From the NCBI GenBank assembly GCA_040905565.1, contig JBBDRF010000006.1:39058-59999 (forward strand): a DNA stretch of 20,942 nucleotides, in the 5' to 3' direction. The position numbers and the translations under genes are program-made. The notes beneath the pieces were generated by a model. The model was not told the DNA's origin. It did no database searches and worked only from the letters and a program-made list of their open reading frames with translations. Positions 19,787 through 20,942 of the stretch are shown here, one piece after another. Within the stretch, counting starts at the first letter, position 1. Each line of letters opens with the position of its first letter. This DNA comes from Phycisphaeraceae bacterium. Its GTDB lineage: Bacteria; Planctomycetota; Phycisphaerae; Phycisphaerales; Zrk34.

Positions 19787-20700
19787 ATCGGCTCCTTAGG
19801 TTTGCGGCGCAGGCAGCGCCGAGCCGAAGGTAGGTCGCGGCAGCAAACCCAGCCAAGCGTTGCCAGACTGATCATGCCCACGCTGAGCGTCAGAGGGTTG
19901 AATGGGGCGACGTAGATGCTCGGCATCGTCATCAGCGCCCCGAGGCCCAAGGCGAGAAGCAGGACGATGGTCACTATGTAGAGAGATCGCCAGCGCCAGA
20001 GCGCGATCAGCAGCACGGCGAACGCGACCTCGCCGAGGCCGAACGCGAGGAGCATCGCTTCTTCGCGGCCATCGAAAAGGCCCGAGGTGCGAAGCATCGC
20101 CAATTCATCTTCGTGCTGAAGCACTAGCTTGGGGACAATTCCCTGGTAAAGGAAGATCAGGGCCAGCGTCACTCGGCAGATCGCATGGCCGAGGCTCCGA
20201 AGGGCGGACAGTCCGGGATCGACGCCGCGTTCGAGCCAAAGGCGAAGTCGGTCAAAGCTCCACGCTGTCGCCCAGCCGATCAGGGGGCGGAAGAGGAATC
20301 GGTCGACGAGCGCGCCAACAGCACCATAGCGAGGCTTGTAGTCATATAGAGTTAGAAAGCAAATGCCGCCGCGAGTCTCGATGTATTTCCAGTACCCCGA
20401 GCCTTCCTCAATCAGCGACTTTGGGTCGTTCGAGGCGAAACGCAGTGCCGAAGAACTTTGGCCGTCGGCGTCATGTATCCCCACGCTTTCGCCCGTGCCT
20501 TCTACCCGAATGCCGAGGCCGATGCGGGTCTGATAGCTGAATCGCTGAGGCTCATCGTCAGTCGGCCTCGGGAGGTAATGGATTTTCGTGAAACGCAGGT
20601 CCCAACGCTCATGAAGGTGCGGATCTCGCGTGTGACGCCAGAGTGCGTCGAAAGGCGCGCCGATTCGGATCTCAACATAGATGGGTTTGGCAGTCCTCAA
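19783..20700 (-). CDS. SRPBCC-like + DoxX-like membrane protein (YndG-like)
   Basis: KPIYVEI.I, HERWDLRF, GSGYWKY, FLT.YDY, WATAWSFDRLRLWLE, YQGIVPKL, PFNPLTL. Start placed at TTG 20700 (GGAG RBS); GTG 20787 is also possible. Confidence 0.8.
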   Translation of the reverse strand: MRTAKPIYVEIRIGAPFDALWRHTRDPHLHERWDLRFTKIHYLPRPTDDEPQRFSYQTRIGLGIRVEGTGESVGIHDADGQSSSALRFASNDPKSLIEEGSGYWKYIETRGGICFLTLYDYKPRYGAVGALVDRFLFRPLIGWATAWSFDRLRLWLERGVDPGLSALRSLGHAICRVTLALIFLYQGIVPKLVLQHEDELAMLRTSGLFDGREEAMLLAFGLGEVAFAVLLIALWRWRSLYIVTIVLLLALGLGALMTMPSIYVAPFNPLTLSVGMISLATLGWVCCRDLPSARRCLRRKPKEPI

Positions 20701-20862
20701 CGCGGCTCCACCACTTGCTTCGGCAAATCGCGTCACGATTGTCGGCACGATCCTATCCAGCGCTTGCACGTGTATTTCGAATGTCACAATTTGCTTACGC
20801 CGCCGCTGTTGATCGAGTCAAGATAAACGTACGGGTCCCGAGGAAGTGCAACAACATCTGCC

Positions 20863-20899
20863 ATGACGGACCCTCGCGCGAAGATTTTGAGCGACTGGT
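20863..20899 (+). other. 5' end of a third recombinase copy, truncated by the sequence end
   Basis: ATGACGGACCCTCGCGCGAAGATTTTGAGCGACTGGT matches the copy 2 start ATGAAGGACCCTCGCGCGAAGATACTTGAGCGACTGGT, one base shorter. Confidence 0.75.

Positions 20900-20942
<43 letters not shown>

Larger units (their letters stand above)
12257..20899 (+). mobile_element. tRNA-Asn-anchored tandem array of large-serine-recombinase integrative units (right end not in window)
   Basis: Three related LSR genes or gene starts (14814, 17233, 20863), repeated leader and att-like sites, and accessory cargo, all directly downstream of a tRNA. Confidence 0.8.

Overview
GC-rich bacterial DNA, most likely Planctomycetota (inferred from the DUF1080 protein, the repeat style and the CCA-less tRNAs). 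The left 12.3 kb is ordinary chromosome: an M48/HtpX-like protease, a double-DUF1080 protein, katG with a lipoprotein signal and a strong OxyR-type box, tRNA-Arg(UCU), a GT4 glycosyltransferase, rph, a REP-like inverted-repeat doublet, a divergently split TeaABC-like TRAP transporter and tRNA-Asn(GUU). The right 8.6 kb, starting at tRNA-Asn, is a tandem array of small units. Each has different cargo followed by a closely related large serine recombinase (LSR): one intact, one split by a frameshift, one cut off by the sequence end. Both complete LSR genes end in a ~44-bp quasi-palindromic site centred on CT-GTTAA, the tRNA-Asn anticodon-loop sequence. A ~225-bp leader starting at the tRNA 3' end recurs ungapped, and an 80-bp GTTAA...CTCWGACTCTC...GTTAAC module occurs three times with identical spacing. 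The LSR seems to lack most of the coiled-coil that controls directionality. Cargo: a HEPN-motif protein, a zeta-toxin-like ATPase with a partner fused to a TPR domain, a membrane protein, and a DUF4166 + DoxX-like pair. The terminal poly-G is probably a sequencing artefact. All family calls come from motif recognition by eye; no database searches were run.
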